Assembly (NCBI GenBank): GCA_963715195.1
Contig: CAVQRT010000007.1
Span: 379,657 to 443,656 of the forward strand
DNA length: 64,000 nucleotides
Direction of reading: 5' to 3'
Source: Thermodesulfovibrionales bacterium
GTDB lineage: Bacteria; Nitrospirota; Thermodesulfovibrionia; Thermodesulfovibrionales; SM23-35
The notes below the pieces were generated by a model. The model was not told where the DNA came from and did no database searches. It saw nothing but the letters and a program-made list of their open reading frames with translations. Each line of letters starts with the position of its first letter. Position 1 is the first letter of the stretch. Shown in pieces: positions 31,033 through 41,342 of this stretch. Made by a program: the position numbers and the translations under genes.

Positions 31033-32490
31033 TTACACCTTCTTTTTCCTGAGAGCGGTTTTATAGAGCTCGAGATACTGCTGGGCTGATCTTTTCCATG
31101 TGAAATTCGCCTTCATTCCGGCCCTGATTATGCTCTGCATCTTTTCCACATCGGTATAAACACAGAAGGCCCGCTTCAGTGCATCGAGCAGAGCAGGAGC
31201 CGTATAGTCGGAAAAAAGAAACCCTGTTCCCCTCCGTGTCAAAGGTTCAAAATCCTGAACCGTATCCACGAGCCCGCCTGTCCTTCTTGCCACAGGGACT
31301 GCGCCGTACCGCAACGCTATGAGCTGACTAAGTCCGCATGGTTCATATTTCGAAGGCATCAGAAAATAGTCTGAACCTGCATAAATCCTGTGGGCAAGGG
31401 TCTCATCAAACCCTACCGTCACCGAGATGTTTTCCCGATATCTTTCCGACATCTCCTGAAAACTGCTCTGGAAGCGGTCTTCCCCCTTTCCGAGAACGAC
31501 GAGCTTCACCCCATAAGACACGATGTCCGGAATCGCCTCTAAAACAATATCCATCCCTTTTTGTTCGGATAAACGGGTGACCATGCCGATGAGGGGAACC
31601 TGGTCGTCCTCGCTGTCGTCTTCTTTTCTGAAGAGCATCCTGAGGAGCTCCCTTTTGCAGAGGGTTTTCCCGGACAGGTCACCGGCATGATAGTTGGCAG
31701 ACAAGTGTTTGTCACTGGCAGGGTCCCACTCACGGTAATCGATTCCGTTTACGATGCCGAAGAGGTCATTTCTTCGCCTGTTCAGGACACCGTCAAGACC
31801 AAACCCTGATTCAGGCTGAAGGATCTCACTGGCATATGTTTGACTGACCGTGCTCAAAAGATCGGAGGCGATCAATCCGCCCTTCAGAAAATTAACCTTT
31901 CCATAAAATTCAATCCCCTCAGGGTTAAACATTTCCCAACCGAGATTTGTCAGAGACATGTGCGATGGAGGGAAAAGACCCTGATAGCCAATGTTGTGAA
32001 TTGTCAGAAGGGTAGCAGTCTTCCTGAAAAAGGAATCTTTTCCGTAAAGGGTCCTCAGGTAGAGTGGTATCAGTGCAGTCTGCCAGTCATTGCAATGGAT
32101 GATATCCGGTTTGTAAGAGATCGCCCTGCACATTTCAGGGACACTCTTCGCAAAGAGTGCAAATCTCGATGCATTGTCGCTGTAATCGCCTGCTGCTGTT
32201 CCGTAAGGCTCTGGCCGGTCAAAAAATTCATCGCACGCAATAAAATATGCGGCCTGTTTATGCTCTAATACCCTGCAGTTGAGCACCCTGTCTCCGACCT
32301 GTATGTCCAGCGAAACCCCGGTATCAGCAAGACGGATTTTGCTGTCCCTGATCCTTTTATAAAGCGGCAGCACAAGGACGGCGTCTTCTTTCAACTTCCG
32401 GAATTCTTTCAGCAGGGCACCGACGACATCGGCAAGTCCGCCGGTTTTTATATAGGGGACAGCCTCCGGCGAGGCAATCAGAATCTTCAT
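31033..32490 (-). CDS. glgA: Glycogen synthase
   Basis: KTGGLADV, HCNDWQT, TIHN, PSKYEPCGLSQL. Confidence 0.96.
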   Translation of the reverse strand: MKILIASPEAVPYIKTGGLADVVGALLKEFRKLKEDAVLVLPLYKRIRDSKIRLADTGVSLDIQVGDRVLNCRVLEHKQAAYFIACDEFFDRPEPYGTAAGDYSDNASRFALFAKSVPEMCRAISYKPDIIHCNDWQTALIPLYLRTLYGKDSFFRKTATLLTIHNIGYQGLFPPSHMSLTNLGWEMFNPEGIEFYGKVNFLKGGLIASDLLSTVSQTYASEILQPESGFGLDGVLNRRRNDLFGIVNGIDYREWDPASDKHLSANYHAGDLSGKTLCKRELLRMLFRKEDDSEDDQVPLIGMVTRLSEQKGMDIVLEAIPDIVSYGVKLVVLGKGEDRFQSSFQEMSERYRENISVTVGFDETLAHRIYAGSDYFLMPSKYEPCGLSQLIALRYGAVPVARRTGGLVDTVQDFEPLTRRGTGFLFSDYTAPALLDALKRAFCVYTDVEKMQSIIRAGMKANFTWKRSAQQYLELYKTALRKKKV

Positions 32491-33482
32491 ATCTTTGCTT
32501 CCCGCATAAATCGTGCTGACTCTTCAGGTGGTGTGGGGTTGATATAAAAACCTGATCCCCATTCAAACCCTGCTATTTTTGTCAGTTTCGGCACCAGTTC
32601 TATATGCCAGTGATAGTAATCGTTTATCTCCTCAACAAATGGAGAGGTATGGAGCACAAAATTATATGGCGGGATATCCAGAATCCGGTCTATCTGCTTC
32701 AGGGTAACCCGGAGTATTTCCGCCAGCTGAAGGAAAGTGTTTTCCGGGGGATAAAAACTTGATTCATGCTTCTTGGGTAATATCCATGTCTCGAATGGAG
32801 CACTCGGAGCAAAGGGGGCGAGAGCAACATATAGAGCGTTTTCGTAGATTACCCTCTTTTTGGATTCGAGTTCCTGGCTGATAACATCGCAGAAGATGCA
32901 CCGCTCTTTGAGATCGTAGTAACGCTTTGCCGAGTCCATCTCTTCTTTGACCAGCTTCGGTATGATCGGAAGGGCAATAAGCTGGGTATGCGAATGCTCA
33001 AGAGAGGCGCCTGCAGCATCTCCCTCATTCTTGAAAATCAGGACATATTTGAACCTACGATCTCTCCTGAGATCAGTCAGCCGCATATAGTAGGCCCATA
33101 GGGCATCCTCAACCCCTTTCAGAGGCATCGTTGCGAGCGACTGCATGTGATCAGGGGTTTCGACAATAACCTCATGGGCTCCGATACCGTTCATCTTGTC
33201 AAAAATACCCTCTCCCAATTTGTTTAGTTCGCCGAAAACATTCAGAGCGGGGAATTTGTTTGACATTGCCCTGAGGGTCCATCCGGGAGAATTCGGTTTT
33301 GTGTCGGCGGGCCTGAATGCCATGATTTCTGCAGGTGTGGTATACTCGTTGCCGGGACAGAACGGACAGAATCCGCCCCGTTTCTTCTGGGAAGGTGAGA
33401 CAAAATCAGTTGGCCTTTTCCCCCGTTCGACAGAGATAATCACCCAGCGTCCGGATATGGGATCTTTCCTCAGCTCCGACAT
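32487..33482 (-). CDS. galT: Galactose-1-phosphate uridylyltransferase family
   Basis: ELRKDP, CPFCPGNE, GASLEHSHTQ; GGAGG RBS before ATG 33482. Confidence 0.9.
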   Translation of the reverse strand: MSELRKDPISGRWVIISVERGKRPTDFVSPSQKKRGGFCPFCPGNEYTTPAEIMAFRPADTKPNSPGWTLRAMSNKFPALNVFGELNKLGEGIFDKMNGIGAHEVIVETPDHMQSLATMPLKGVEDALWAYYMRLTDLRRDRRFKYVLIFKNEGDAAGASLEHSHTQLIALPIIPKLVKEEMDSAKRYYDLKERCIFCDVISQELESKKRVIYENALYVALAPFAPSAPFETWILPKKHESSFYPPENTFLQLAEILRVTLKQIDRILDIPPYNFVLHTSPFVEEINDYYHWHIELVPKLTKIAGFEWGSGFYINPTPPEESARFMREAKI

Positions 33483-33627
33483 AGCACCTCCGTGGAAAGG
33501 CATGAAGCACAAACCCACCGGCATGATCCCAGGCTGTTTAGATTGTTCGCCGGATGCCCGTCAGGCTTTATCTTCAGCCGGTCCTGCATTTTTGGTAGTA
33601 TTATATCACAATGATCTATAATCACTT

Positions 33628-34596
33628 ATGAAACCCTCATTCATGCACAGAATGGTCAATACCCCTTTTGATGACCCCGGTTTGTTCGTCAGAATATTCA
33701 GGGAAAAAAGGGCTTTGCTCTTCGATGCTGGAGATATTTCCCGGTTAAAATCCGGCGACCTGCAGAAGATAACGGACGTATTCATAACACATACCCACAT
33801 CGATCATTTCATAGGATTTGATACGCTCGTCAGAGCGCTCTTGAGAAGGTCCGTTCCTCTTCATGTCTACGGCCCGGCCAACATAGACGATTGCATAGAG
33901 GGAAAGCTGAAAGGATACACATGGAATCTCATCACGGAATACCCGCTTAAGATAGAAGTCTACGGTATCGACGGCAATACCATATGCCATTCAAGTTTTC
34001 ATGCCGAAAACAGGTTTCAGCGGAGAATACACCGTATCCGCAAAATGAGCGGTGTTCTCTTCAGGGAACCGCTCTTCACGGTCAAAGCGCTCCAGCTCGA
34101 TCATCAAATCCCGTGCCTTGCGTATTCGCTTGAAGAGGATTTCCATATCAATATTAATAAAGCATTGTTACGGGAAATGGCCCTCCCGGTAGGTCCCTGG
34201 CTGTCAGAACTGAAAGATGCAATCAGGGTTCGGATGCCGGGGAATACCGAATTTGTCGTATCAGGCAGACAGTACAGGCTTGATGAGCTGCAGGCAATCG
34301 CAACCATCACGAAAGGCCAGAAGATATCCTATGTGACTGACGTATCATTAACGGATGACAATATCCGGAGGATCATTGAATTCGTGAGGGATTCCGATAC
34401 CCTCTATTGTGAGGCCTATTTTATGGACAAGGATATCGATATGGCGAGAAAAAGATTTCATCTCACCGCAAAGATTACCGGAAGCATCGCGCGCCGGGCT
34501 GGAGTAAAACACCTCGTCGTCATGCATTTCTCTCCCCGGTACCGGAACCTGCCCGAAAGTCCTGGGGAGGAGGCAATGCGGGAATTCATGAAGTAA
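33628..34596 (+). CDS. Ribonuclease Z-like MBL-fold hydrolase
   Basis: THTHIDHF, exosite PVGPWL, FHLT, HFSPRY. Confidence 0.85.
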   Translation: MKPSFMHRMVNTPFDDPGLFVRIFREKRALLFDAGDISRLKSGDLQKITDVFITHTHIDHFIGFDTLVRALLRRSVPLHVYGPANIDDCIEGKLKGYTWNLITEYPLKIEVYGIDGNTICHSSFHAENRFQRRIHRIRKMSGVLFREPLFTVKALQLDHQIPCLAYSLEEDFHININKALLREMALPVGPWLSELKDAIRVRMPGNTEFVVSGRQYRLDELQAIATITKGQKISYVTDVSLTDDNIRRIIEFVRDSDTLYCEAYFMDKDIDMARKRFHLTAKITGSIARRAGVKHLVVMHFSPRYRNLPESPGEEAMREFMK

Positions 34597-35818
34597 ACTT
34601 CCTGAAAACCAGCACAGCGTTTAATCCCCCGAAACCGAACGATTGACAAAGCGCAGTGTGCGGATGAGCGTGCCTGCATTCCGTAACATACTCAAGATCA
34701 CATTCCGGGTCCCTCTCCAGCAAATTGATGGTCGGGAAGATAACACCATCCCTCAAACTCAACAAAGTAAGGGCTGCTTCGAGAGCACCCGATGCGGCAA
34801 GCATATGGCCTGTGAGAGATTTCAGAGCCGTGACCGGTATTAAATATGCATCCTTTCCGAACACCCGTTTGATCGCTTCGGTTTCTGTTTTGTCTCCGAG
34901 ACGGGTAGATGTCCCGTGGGCGCTTATAAAATGAATATCGCCCGGCTTCAACCGTGCTTCGTCGAGGGCTGACTGCATTGCCCGGGCTTCTCCCTGCGCA
35001 GAGGGAATTGTCTGGTGGAATGAGTCCGTTGTATTCCCATAGCCGATGACCTCACCATAGATTCCAACTCCCCTTCTTATTGCGCTTTCATATGGTTCAA
35101 GGACAAGGATGCACGCACCCTCCGACAGAATAAATCCGTCCCGGTTTCTGTCGAACGGCCTGCTCGCGAAGGAACCGGTTTTCCTTGAGAGAGCACCCGA
35201 TACCCCATATCCTTCTATGCAGGTTCTGCAGACAGGAGCTTCGGTACCGCCGCATATTACTGGATGGCGGTAACCTGATTTCACCAACCGGTAAGCTTCC
35301 CCGATTGCACTCGATCCCGAAGCGCACGCGTTTGATATGCCGAGACAATACCCGGTAATCCCAAGTTTTTGAGCAACGTATGACGATGCCATGCTGACCG
35401 TTGTAGAAGGCATAAGAAAAGCAGACATGCGCGAGGGATATGCTGTATGGTGTGACAGGTATTTTTTCCGGAGCGCCTTCTCTATCGTTCCAATCCCACC
35501 GCGGCTTGAACCGATAATGACACCGGCGGACTGCAGGGAATCTGTTCCTGTAAGGCCGGCGTCTGCTGTGGCCATGACTGCTGCAGCGACTGCATAATGA
35601 ACAAACGGATCAAGACGGATTATTTCCTTGGGATTGAGATATGCTTCCGCATGGAAATCCTTCACGGTTCCAGCTGCTTTCCAGGGGATATCAGCAACAT
35701 CGAATCCGGTAATCGCCTCTATTCCTGATTTTCCCGCCCTTGCCCGGGACCAGGTTTCCTCCAGGGAATTCCCGATAGGGCTGACTGCCCCTGCGCCTGT
35801 CACAACGACTCGATTCAT
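34586..35818 (-). CDS. fabF: Beta-ketoacyl-ACP synthase II family
   Basis: NACASG, SEGA, AHGTST, KSLTGH, SFGFGG. Confidence 0.88.
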   Translation of the reverse strand: MNRVVVTGAGAVSPIGNSLEETWSRARAGKSGIEAITGFDVADIPWKAAGTVKDFHAEAYLNPKEIIRLDPFVHYAVAAAVMATADAGLTGTDSLQSAGVIIGSSRGGIGTIEKALRKKYLSHHTAYPSRMSAFLMPSTTVSMASSYVAQKLGITGYCLGISNACASGSSAIGEAYRLVKSGYRHPVICGGTEAPVCRTCIEGYGVSGALSRKTGSFASRPFDRNRDGFILSEGACILVLEPYESAIRRGVGIYGEVIGYGNTTDSFHQTIPSAQGEARAMQSALDEARLKPGDIHFISAHGTSTRLGDKTETEAIKRVFGKDAYLIPVTALKSLTGHMLAASGALEAALTLLSLRDGVIFPTINLLERDPECDLEYVTECRHAHPHTALCQSFGFGGLNAVLVFRKFTS

Positions 35819-35969
35819 GCTCAGGGTATAATAGCACAATGATCGAAGACCCTCTGTTTCATTGCCCTTCCCGGCGGCATAATGGTATCATGAATGGAAT
35901 TCGGCGGTACGGAATTGCTTGTTTCACCGTTGAACGGAAAATGGACGTGGGATGAGATAATAGGGAATC

Positions 35970-36737
35970 ATGATAAGAAATACCTTCAGCATTCTGAACG
36001 GAATCGGCGATAAACTGGAACGGAAGCTCTGGGGTGCAGGCATCCTCACATGGGATAAATTTATCGGTGCCCCGGATATCACCTTCATAAGCGCACATAA
36101 GAAAACGTTTTTTGATGAATCTCTCTCGTCTGCCCTGAACGCACTGGACCATGCAGACGCAGCCTATTTCGCCCGCGCTATCAAGAGGAGGGATCACTGG
36201 CGGCTATATGACATCTTCAAAGAAGAGTCGGCGTGTCTTGACATAGAAACAAATGGTTTCATGCCGGGAGGCGGAGGTGTTGTCACCGTAATCGGAATTT
36301 ACGACGGGTTCGATTACAAGTGCTTTATACGGGATGAAAACCTCACGGCAGAAAGCGTGATGGAAGAGATCTCGAGATATAAATACCTCATAACGTTCTA
36401 CGGTTCGGGTTTTGACATTCCGTATCTCCTAAGAGCAATCCCCGGCCTGAAATTCGACATCCCGCATTTCGACGTCTGCTTCGGTACAAGGAGGCTTGGA
36501 TTCCGGGGTGGGCTGAAAAGACTGGAATCGGAACTGGGAATTGCCAGAGATGAAATCGTGAAGGATATGAATGGATATGATGCGGTAAAGCTGTGGGAGC
36601 ACGCGCAAAGGGGAAGCAGTGATGCCCTGAAAATCCTCAAATTATACAATAAAGAAGATACTGTCAACCTTTACGCGATAGCTGGAATCGTCTATCAGCG
36701 GCTTCGGACACAGACAGGAATAGAGCATTACCTGTAA
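35970..36737 (+). CDS. RNase H-like exonuclease (YprB family)
   Basis: LDIETNG, TFYGSGFDIPYL, GGLKRLE, YNKEDTVNL. Confidence 0.9.
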   Translation: MIRNTFSILNGIGDKLERKLWGAGILTWDKFIGAPDITFISAHKKTFFDESLSSALNALDHADAAYFARAIKRRDHWRLYDIFKEESACLDIETNGFMPGGGGVVTVIGIYDGFDYKCFIRDENLTAESVMEEISRYKYLITFYGSGFDIPYLLRAIPGLKFDIPHFDVCFGTRRLGFRGGLKRLESELGIARDEIVKDMNGYDAVKLWEHAQRGSSDALKILKLYNKEDTVNLYAIAGIVYQRLRTQTGIEHYL

Positions 36738-36866
36738 AACTCCCCGTTCATCCTGAAGATCTATCACACGCCGCCATCAATCTGTTTTAATCTCTATAAA
36801 TACTTTTGAATGGGGCGGCGGTTGTGAGAGAAGTTATTTTTTGAGCTGCCGTCTGCACTTCTTGGT

Positions 36867-37178
36867 TCAAACAAATTCCAATCCCACTTTGTAAAAAAAT
36901 GAATCGTATCGTTCGACCCAGCGAACAGCTGCTTTTTTGTACAGACGGGGCTCATCGCTTTTCAGAATCAATTCCTGCCCTGATTTCAGTGCTGCACTGG
37001 TATGAATGCACATACCCGTATCACTGATGTTGAAAGTATACCCGACAAAAATTTCGTATGCCGTATCAGGATGCAGCACGAATTCCAAAACGACATAGGA
37101 AAAATCCTTCCGTTCGTCTTTCCGCCGGTTTTCCGTCAGGTTATGGCTGTTTTTTTCATCTGAATATTCTATTGCCAT
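36867..37178 (-). CDS. PilZ domain protein
   Basis: RRKDER (RxxxR), NISDTG (N/DxSxxG), VRW, VGLEF. Confidence 0.85.
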   Translation of the reverse strand: MAIEYSDEKNSHNLTENRRKDERKDFSYVVLEFVLHPDTAYEIFVGYTFNISDTGMCIHTSAALKSGQELILKSDEPRLYKKAAVRWVERYDSFFYKVGLEFV

Positions 37179-37393
37179 TGTGCTGTAAAGGTATTACGAA
37201 CCTTTCTATAGAGTCTCTCTATAAATTAAGCACATTTTATGCCAGTGTACGTTACCTTTAAGTTGCTGATATAACGCTAAATACGCGAATCGTGACAGAG
37301 AGATTTTTCTGTTCTGCGGAAATTTGTCAGCACTTTGAAGAGAAATGTCAGCAAAGTCAGTGGTTACCGTGAGATGAAACGTTCAATGATGGA

Positions 37394-37445
37394 TGGTGCG
37401 AGAGAGGGGAGTCGAACCCCACGGAGTTACCCACTGGATCCTAAG
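37394..37445 (-). repeat. Duplicated 3' half of tRNA-Leu (att site)
   Basis: Direct repeat of 60279-60330; identity ends in the anticodon loop (CTAAG); differences only around the variable arm. Confidence 0.92.
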
Positions 37446-37762
37446 AGCGAAAATAGCTATTTCGACTGATTATTTTAAGCCCCTGAATCTATGTAATTAT
37501 CCTTTATATTCATGGGCTTTTCTTATTATTGAATGTTGGCAGGAATTGTGTACATCTTCAGCAATGACTGGACAAAATTAGCAAAAAAGAAGTTTGCAGG
37601 TTAAGGTGCTGGTCTGGGCATAAGGGGAAATCCATACAATACTCCCTGCTACTTATCGAGAACACTATTCCGCTTTATTGAGGATAAAAGTTATGCGGAT
37701 AACAGAAAGAAAAATTGCTCCGCCATAAGTCCCTTCAACAAAACGAGATCATTTCAATCAAA

Positions 37763-37963
37763 TTACAGTTTAACTACATTGACCGCCTTGGGACCTTTGT
37801 CGCCTTTTTCCATATCAAAACTAACTTTGTCACCTTCAGCAAGGCTCTTAAAACCACTGCCTTGGATGGACGTGTGGTGGACAAAAACATCAGTGCCGTC
37901 TTCAGCAGTAATAAATCCGAAACCTTTACTCTCGTTAAACCATTTCACAGTTCCTTGCGCCAT
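37763..37963 (-). CDS. cspA: Cold-shock protein
   Basis: [28 protein letters not shown]. Confidence 0.96.
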   Translation of the reverse strand: MAQGTVKWFNESKGFGFITAEDGTDVFVHHTSIQGSGFKSLAEGDKVSFDMEKGDKGPKAVNVVKL

Positions 37964-38117
37964 TTCACTTGTCTCCTTTTTTTATAAAACTAAAATTACA
38001 CCATATTATGCAGGTGTCTCCATCAAATGTGAATTGTCATTTCAAATAAGCATAATTATATCAGGTTTAAGCGGTCTAAAGGAAGAAAGGGGATACTACA
38101 TATGTGATTATCAATAA

Positions 38118-38294
38118 TTAGGTGTCAACAACTCTTATATGCAAATCTTGTTCTCTTTCATACTCCTTAATAAGCCCTTCATAATACTTTGTCAGTCTTG
38201 ATAGCAAGGAAAGCCGTTCCTTAACAGATAGGGTGAAATAAAATGGCAGTTCCATCAATAGTGAAATAAATGCTCTCTCTACGCTATTACTCAT
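38118..38294 (-). CDS. Small hypothetical protein
   Basis: MSNSVERAFISLLMELPFYFTLSVKERL with a purine-rich upstream; no motif recognised. Confidence 0.45.
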   Translation of the reverse strand: MSNSVERAFISLLMELPFYFTLSVKERLSLLSRLTKYYEGLIKEYEREQDLHIRVVDT

Positions 38295-38399
38295 AGTGAA
38301 TACTTTCCTTACTCCTATTGTAAAGTTACTAACGGGAAAATGAACCCTACCTACGTAGGATTGACACATATGATGCTATGAATAAAATACATATAGGCT

Positions 38400-39020
38400 A
38401 TGAATCAAACATTAGAAAACATTCAAAGCTATCAAAGCAGCACACCCCACACACAGGAAACTGTTTATAAAGGTAAGGTTCTCATCGTTGACGATGATAT
38501 TGATGTAGTCAATGCTATGCAAGAATATCTTACAGCGTGTGGCTATATGGCAGTTGGATGCACATCGGGCAGGGAGGCTATTGAGAAATTAAAAACCTAT
38601 GACTTTGAAATCATCCTTACAGACCTTATGATGCCAGAAATGAACGGCGTTGAATTGTTGAAGGCTGCACGGGATATAGACCCTCATCTTATGGGAATCA
38701 TTCTAACTGGCAAGGGGACACTTGAAACCACCACTGAAATGATGAAAGAAGCGGCTTTCCTTTGTTCTTTGAAACCCTTTAATTTTAAAATGATGCAGCT
38801 GATACTGTCTTGCGCAATAAAATCAAGACGGCTCAAGAAACTGGAAGAGAAATACCATCTCCTTACTGATAAACTTACATACGACCCAGCAGGACTTCAG
38901 AACTATAATGAGGAAACAACAACCAAGGAACTTGAACTTGTTGAACTGAAGAGGGAAATAGACAATATGAAAGAAGAATCACGGTGCTATGAATATCTTG
39001 AGAAACATTGGAAGCAATGA
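38400..39020 (+). CDS. Response regulator (REC + coiled coil)
   Basis: VLIVDDD, TDLMMPEMNG, LTG, KPF. Confidence 0.85.
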   Translation: MNQTLENIQSYQSSTPHTQETVYKGKVLIVDDDIDVVNAMQEYLTACGYMAVGCTSGREAIEKLKTYDFEIILTDLMMPEMNGVELLKAARDIDPHLMGIILTGKGTLETTTEMMKEAAFLCSLKPFNFKMMQLILSCAIKSRRLKKLEEKYHLLTDKLTYDPAGLQNYNEETTTKELELVELKREIDNMKEESRCYEYLEKHWKQ

Positions 39021-39535
39021 TGTGCATATTATTTGTAGTTTTTATTTGTGTTTGAACTGAATAGCATTTGAGTTAATTTTTTAGTGCGTGCTTCAGGAAG
39101 ACATCTTCCCTGCATGCTTCCAAAGGTAGTTTTGATCACTCAAAAAAGCAATCGAGTATGCTTGTTTGAACAGAAAATACACGGTTTCGAAAAAATCTAA
39201 ATACACAATACTATGTGCAGTCATCGAAAAAGCTAGGTTCAGTTGGGGTTAAAGACTCACAATGCCAGATCAGATGCACGAAAGCAAAACTGCTGAAGTT
39301 GGGATTTTTGAAGCCATCCTTCCAATGTATGTTATTCCTCATAATCATCGTAATTCTTGTTGTAATTTCAATCACCGATAATATTCCTTGTGGAGCCTAA
39401 ACTGTTTATTAAACTGGCAGTATCCTTTATGGGTAACCACATCGGAAAAATGGACTCAACACAGTATTCCTGCCAGAAAACCGCACGGGAAGGGGGTGAA
39501 TCAATCTTTTTCTAAATTCTCAGAGTTATGAAAAA

Positions 39536-39613
39536 ATAGTGGCGGCATTGAAACCATCTGCCTATCTGGGCACCAAGGTAGGTGGTGGAGCCAGTGGTGC
39601 AACCAGCCAACTT
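39536..39613 (+). ncRNA. c-di-GMP-II-type riboswitch aptamer (variant)
   Basis: Stem ACCATCTGCCT/AGGTAGGTGGT with loop TGGGCAC; kink-turn TGAA/GGAG closed by GGC/GCC; pseudoknot GCAC/GTGC; 3' AGTGGTGCAACC. Lies 38 nt before the ATG. Confidence 0.8.
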
Positions 39614-39650
39614 ACTCTCATACCACAAACAAAAGTAAGGAGGCTCACCA

Positions 39651-40550
39651 ATGAGAAAGGCAGTCATATTAATTTTTGCAGTTATTGCTATCTTTGTTTT
39701 CTTCGTCGCATCACTTCCGTGCTTCGCAGCCAAAAAATCGAATACCCAGGTAATTTATCCAGTAGATGATGACGGCGTAATCAATGGGTGCTATAAGAAG
39801 GTAAATGGTCAACTGAGAGTCATAGATAGCACCGATTTCTGTGGACCGTCAGAAGGATCAATTTCGTGGAACCAAGCAGGGCAATCAGGAATGATCGATC
39901 TTGGAAATACTTATGTTAAAACATGCCCAAGCCCAAACGCGGGCGTTTGTTTTTGTGATGATGGTTGGGTACTACAGGGTTATGCAGAATGTCCCACTGG
40001 AACAGTCCTAACAAGTATGGGAACACCGATCGATGCTGCAGATTATGGTTTCCATGCAATATGCGTGACATTAGACGGTTCAGTTACCACAGTAGATCCT
40101 CTTTCTATTTCAATACGCTGTGTAGGTACACCTCAAGAGAATAATTGTAGTGACGGCGTTGATAACGATGTTGACGGAGCAATCGACTGCAGCGACGCTG
40201 ACTGTGCAACTGACCCTGCCTGTTCGCCTATGGAGACAAACTGTTCCGACGGAATAGACAATGATGGAGACACTGCGATAGACTGCGACGATTCAGACTG
40301 CTCGATTGACCCTGCTTGTTTACCTATTGAAACGGATTGTTCCGATGGAATAGACAACGATGGAGACACTACTATAGACTGCGACGATTCAGATTGCTCA
40401 ACTGATCCTGCCTGTCTGCCTGGTTTGGTTCCTGTCCCTGTGGAGACAAATTGTTCAGACGGACAAGATAATGACGGAAATGGTAAGATTGACTGCAAAG
40501 ACAAGAATTGTAAAAACGATCCCAACTGCACAAAAAAGAAGGCACCCTAA
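39651..40550 (+). CDS. Secreted Cys/Asp-rich repeat protein
   Basis: AAGGAGG RBS, signal peptide, four ExxCSDGxDNDxDxxIDCxDxxC repeats. Confidence 0.85.
   Translation: MRKAVILIFAVIAIFVFFVASLPCFAAKKSNTQVIYPVDDDGVINGCYKKVNGQLRVIDSTDFCGPSEGSISWNQAGQSGMIDLGNTYVKTCPSPNAGVCFCDDGWVLQGYAECPTGTVLTSMGTPIDAADYGFHAICVTLDGSVTTVDPLSISIRCVGTPQENNCSDGVDNDVDGAIDCSDADCATDPACSPMETNCSDGIDNDGDTAIDCDDSDCSIDPACLPIETDCSDGIDNDGDTTIDCDDSDCSTDPACLPGLVPVPVETNCSDGQDNDGNGKIDCKDKNCKNDPNCTKKKAP
40137..40529 (+). repeat. Four tandem ~96-bp coding repeats
   Basis: Units start at 40137, 40233, 40329 and 40443. Confidence 0.9.
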
Positions 40551-40576
40551 AAATAAATATCAATATCTTATCCATC

Positions 40577-40609
40577 AAAGGCAGAGTGTGCAATTCCTCT
40601 GCCTTTTTT
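40577..40609 (+). terminator. Intrinsic terminator
   Basis: AAAGGCAGAG...CTCTGCCTTTTTT after the stop at 40550. Confidence 0.75.
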
Positions 40610-40717
40610 ATTACATATTTCTACTGATAATGAGTAATCTTTATCCTTTTTTCAGGTGCAACAGTTGATAATCATATAGAGTGTTTAGATCTCGCCCACT
40701 TGATTCATTCCTGTATT

Positions 40718-41293
40718 TTAGAACTTTACTTCGGGAGTCGCTGCTTCTCCTTCTGGAATATCATAATACTCAGCAGTTGAGACACCAGCAATGCTGGCAA
40801 AAAATCTCCCAAATACTGTTCTCGTATAGGTATTAAGTACCCTTACTGCTTCATTGTATCTTTTCCTCTCAACAGCAATTCTATTCTCTGTCCCTTCGAG
40901 ACTATCTTGGAGTTTAAGGAAAGACTCATTTGCCTTTAATTGAGGATAGGCTTCTCGTAACAAAAGAAGTCTTGACAATACTCCTTCAAGTTGATTCGAT
41001 GCTGATATTTTTCCTTTTATATCTTTTGCCTGGAAATAACGGGTTCTCATCTCTGCAATATTCTCAAAAAGCTCTTTCTCATGTTTTGCATACCCTTTAA
41101 CTGTCTCAATAAGATTTGGAATCAAATCATATCTTCTTTTTAACTGGTTTTCAACTTGTGCCCAACTCGCAGATATATTTTCATCCATGGCTATTACTTT
41201 GTTATATTCTTTTATACCCCATCCTACAAACCCTGCTCCTATTAATACGATAATCCCTAAAACTATTAAAGTTATTTTCAATCCTTTGCCCAT
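40718..41293 (-). CDS. lemA: LemA family protein
   Basis: WAQVENQLKRRYDLIPNL, YPQLKANESF, TENRIAVERKRYN. Confidence 0.95.
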   Translation of the reverse strand: MGKGLKITLIVLGIIVLIGAGFVGWGIKEYNKVIAMDENISASWAQVENQLKRRYDLIPNLIETVKGYAKHEKELFENIAEMRTRYFQAKDIKGKISASNQLEGVLSRLLLLREAYPQLKANESFLKLQDSLEGTENRIAVERKRYNEAVRVLNTYTRTVFGRFFASIAGVSTAEYYDIPEGEAATPEVKF

Positions 41294-41342
41294 GAAATCC
41301 TCCTTTATGCTACAGATTATTCTATTTTATACTATTACTCAA

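Noticed and set aside
37393..37581. 62-aa ORF MVRERGVEP...
   Set aside because: Antisense reading of the tRNA-Leu fragment.
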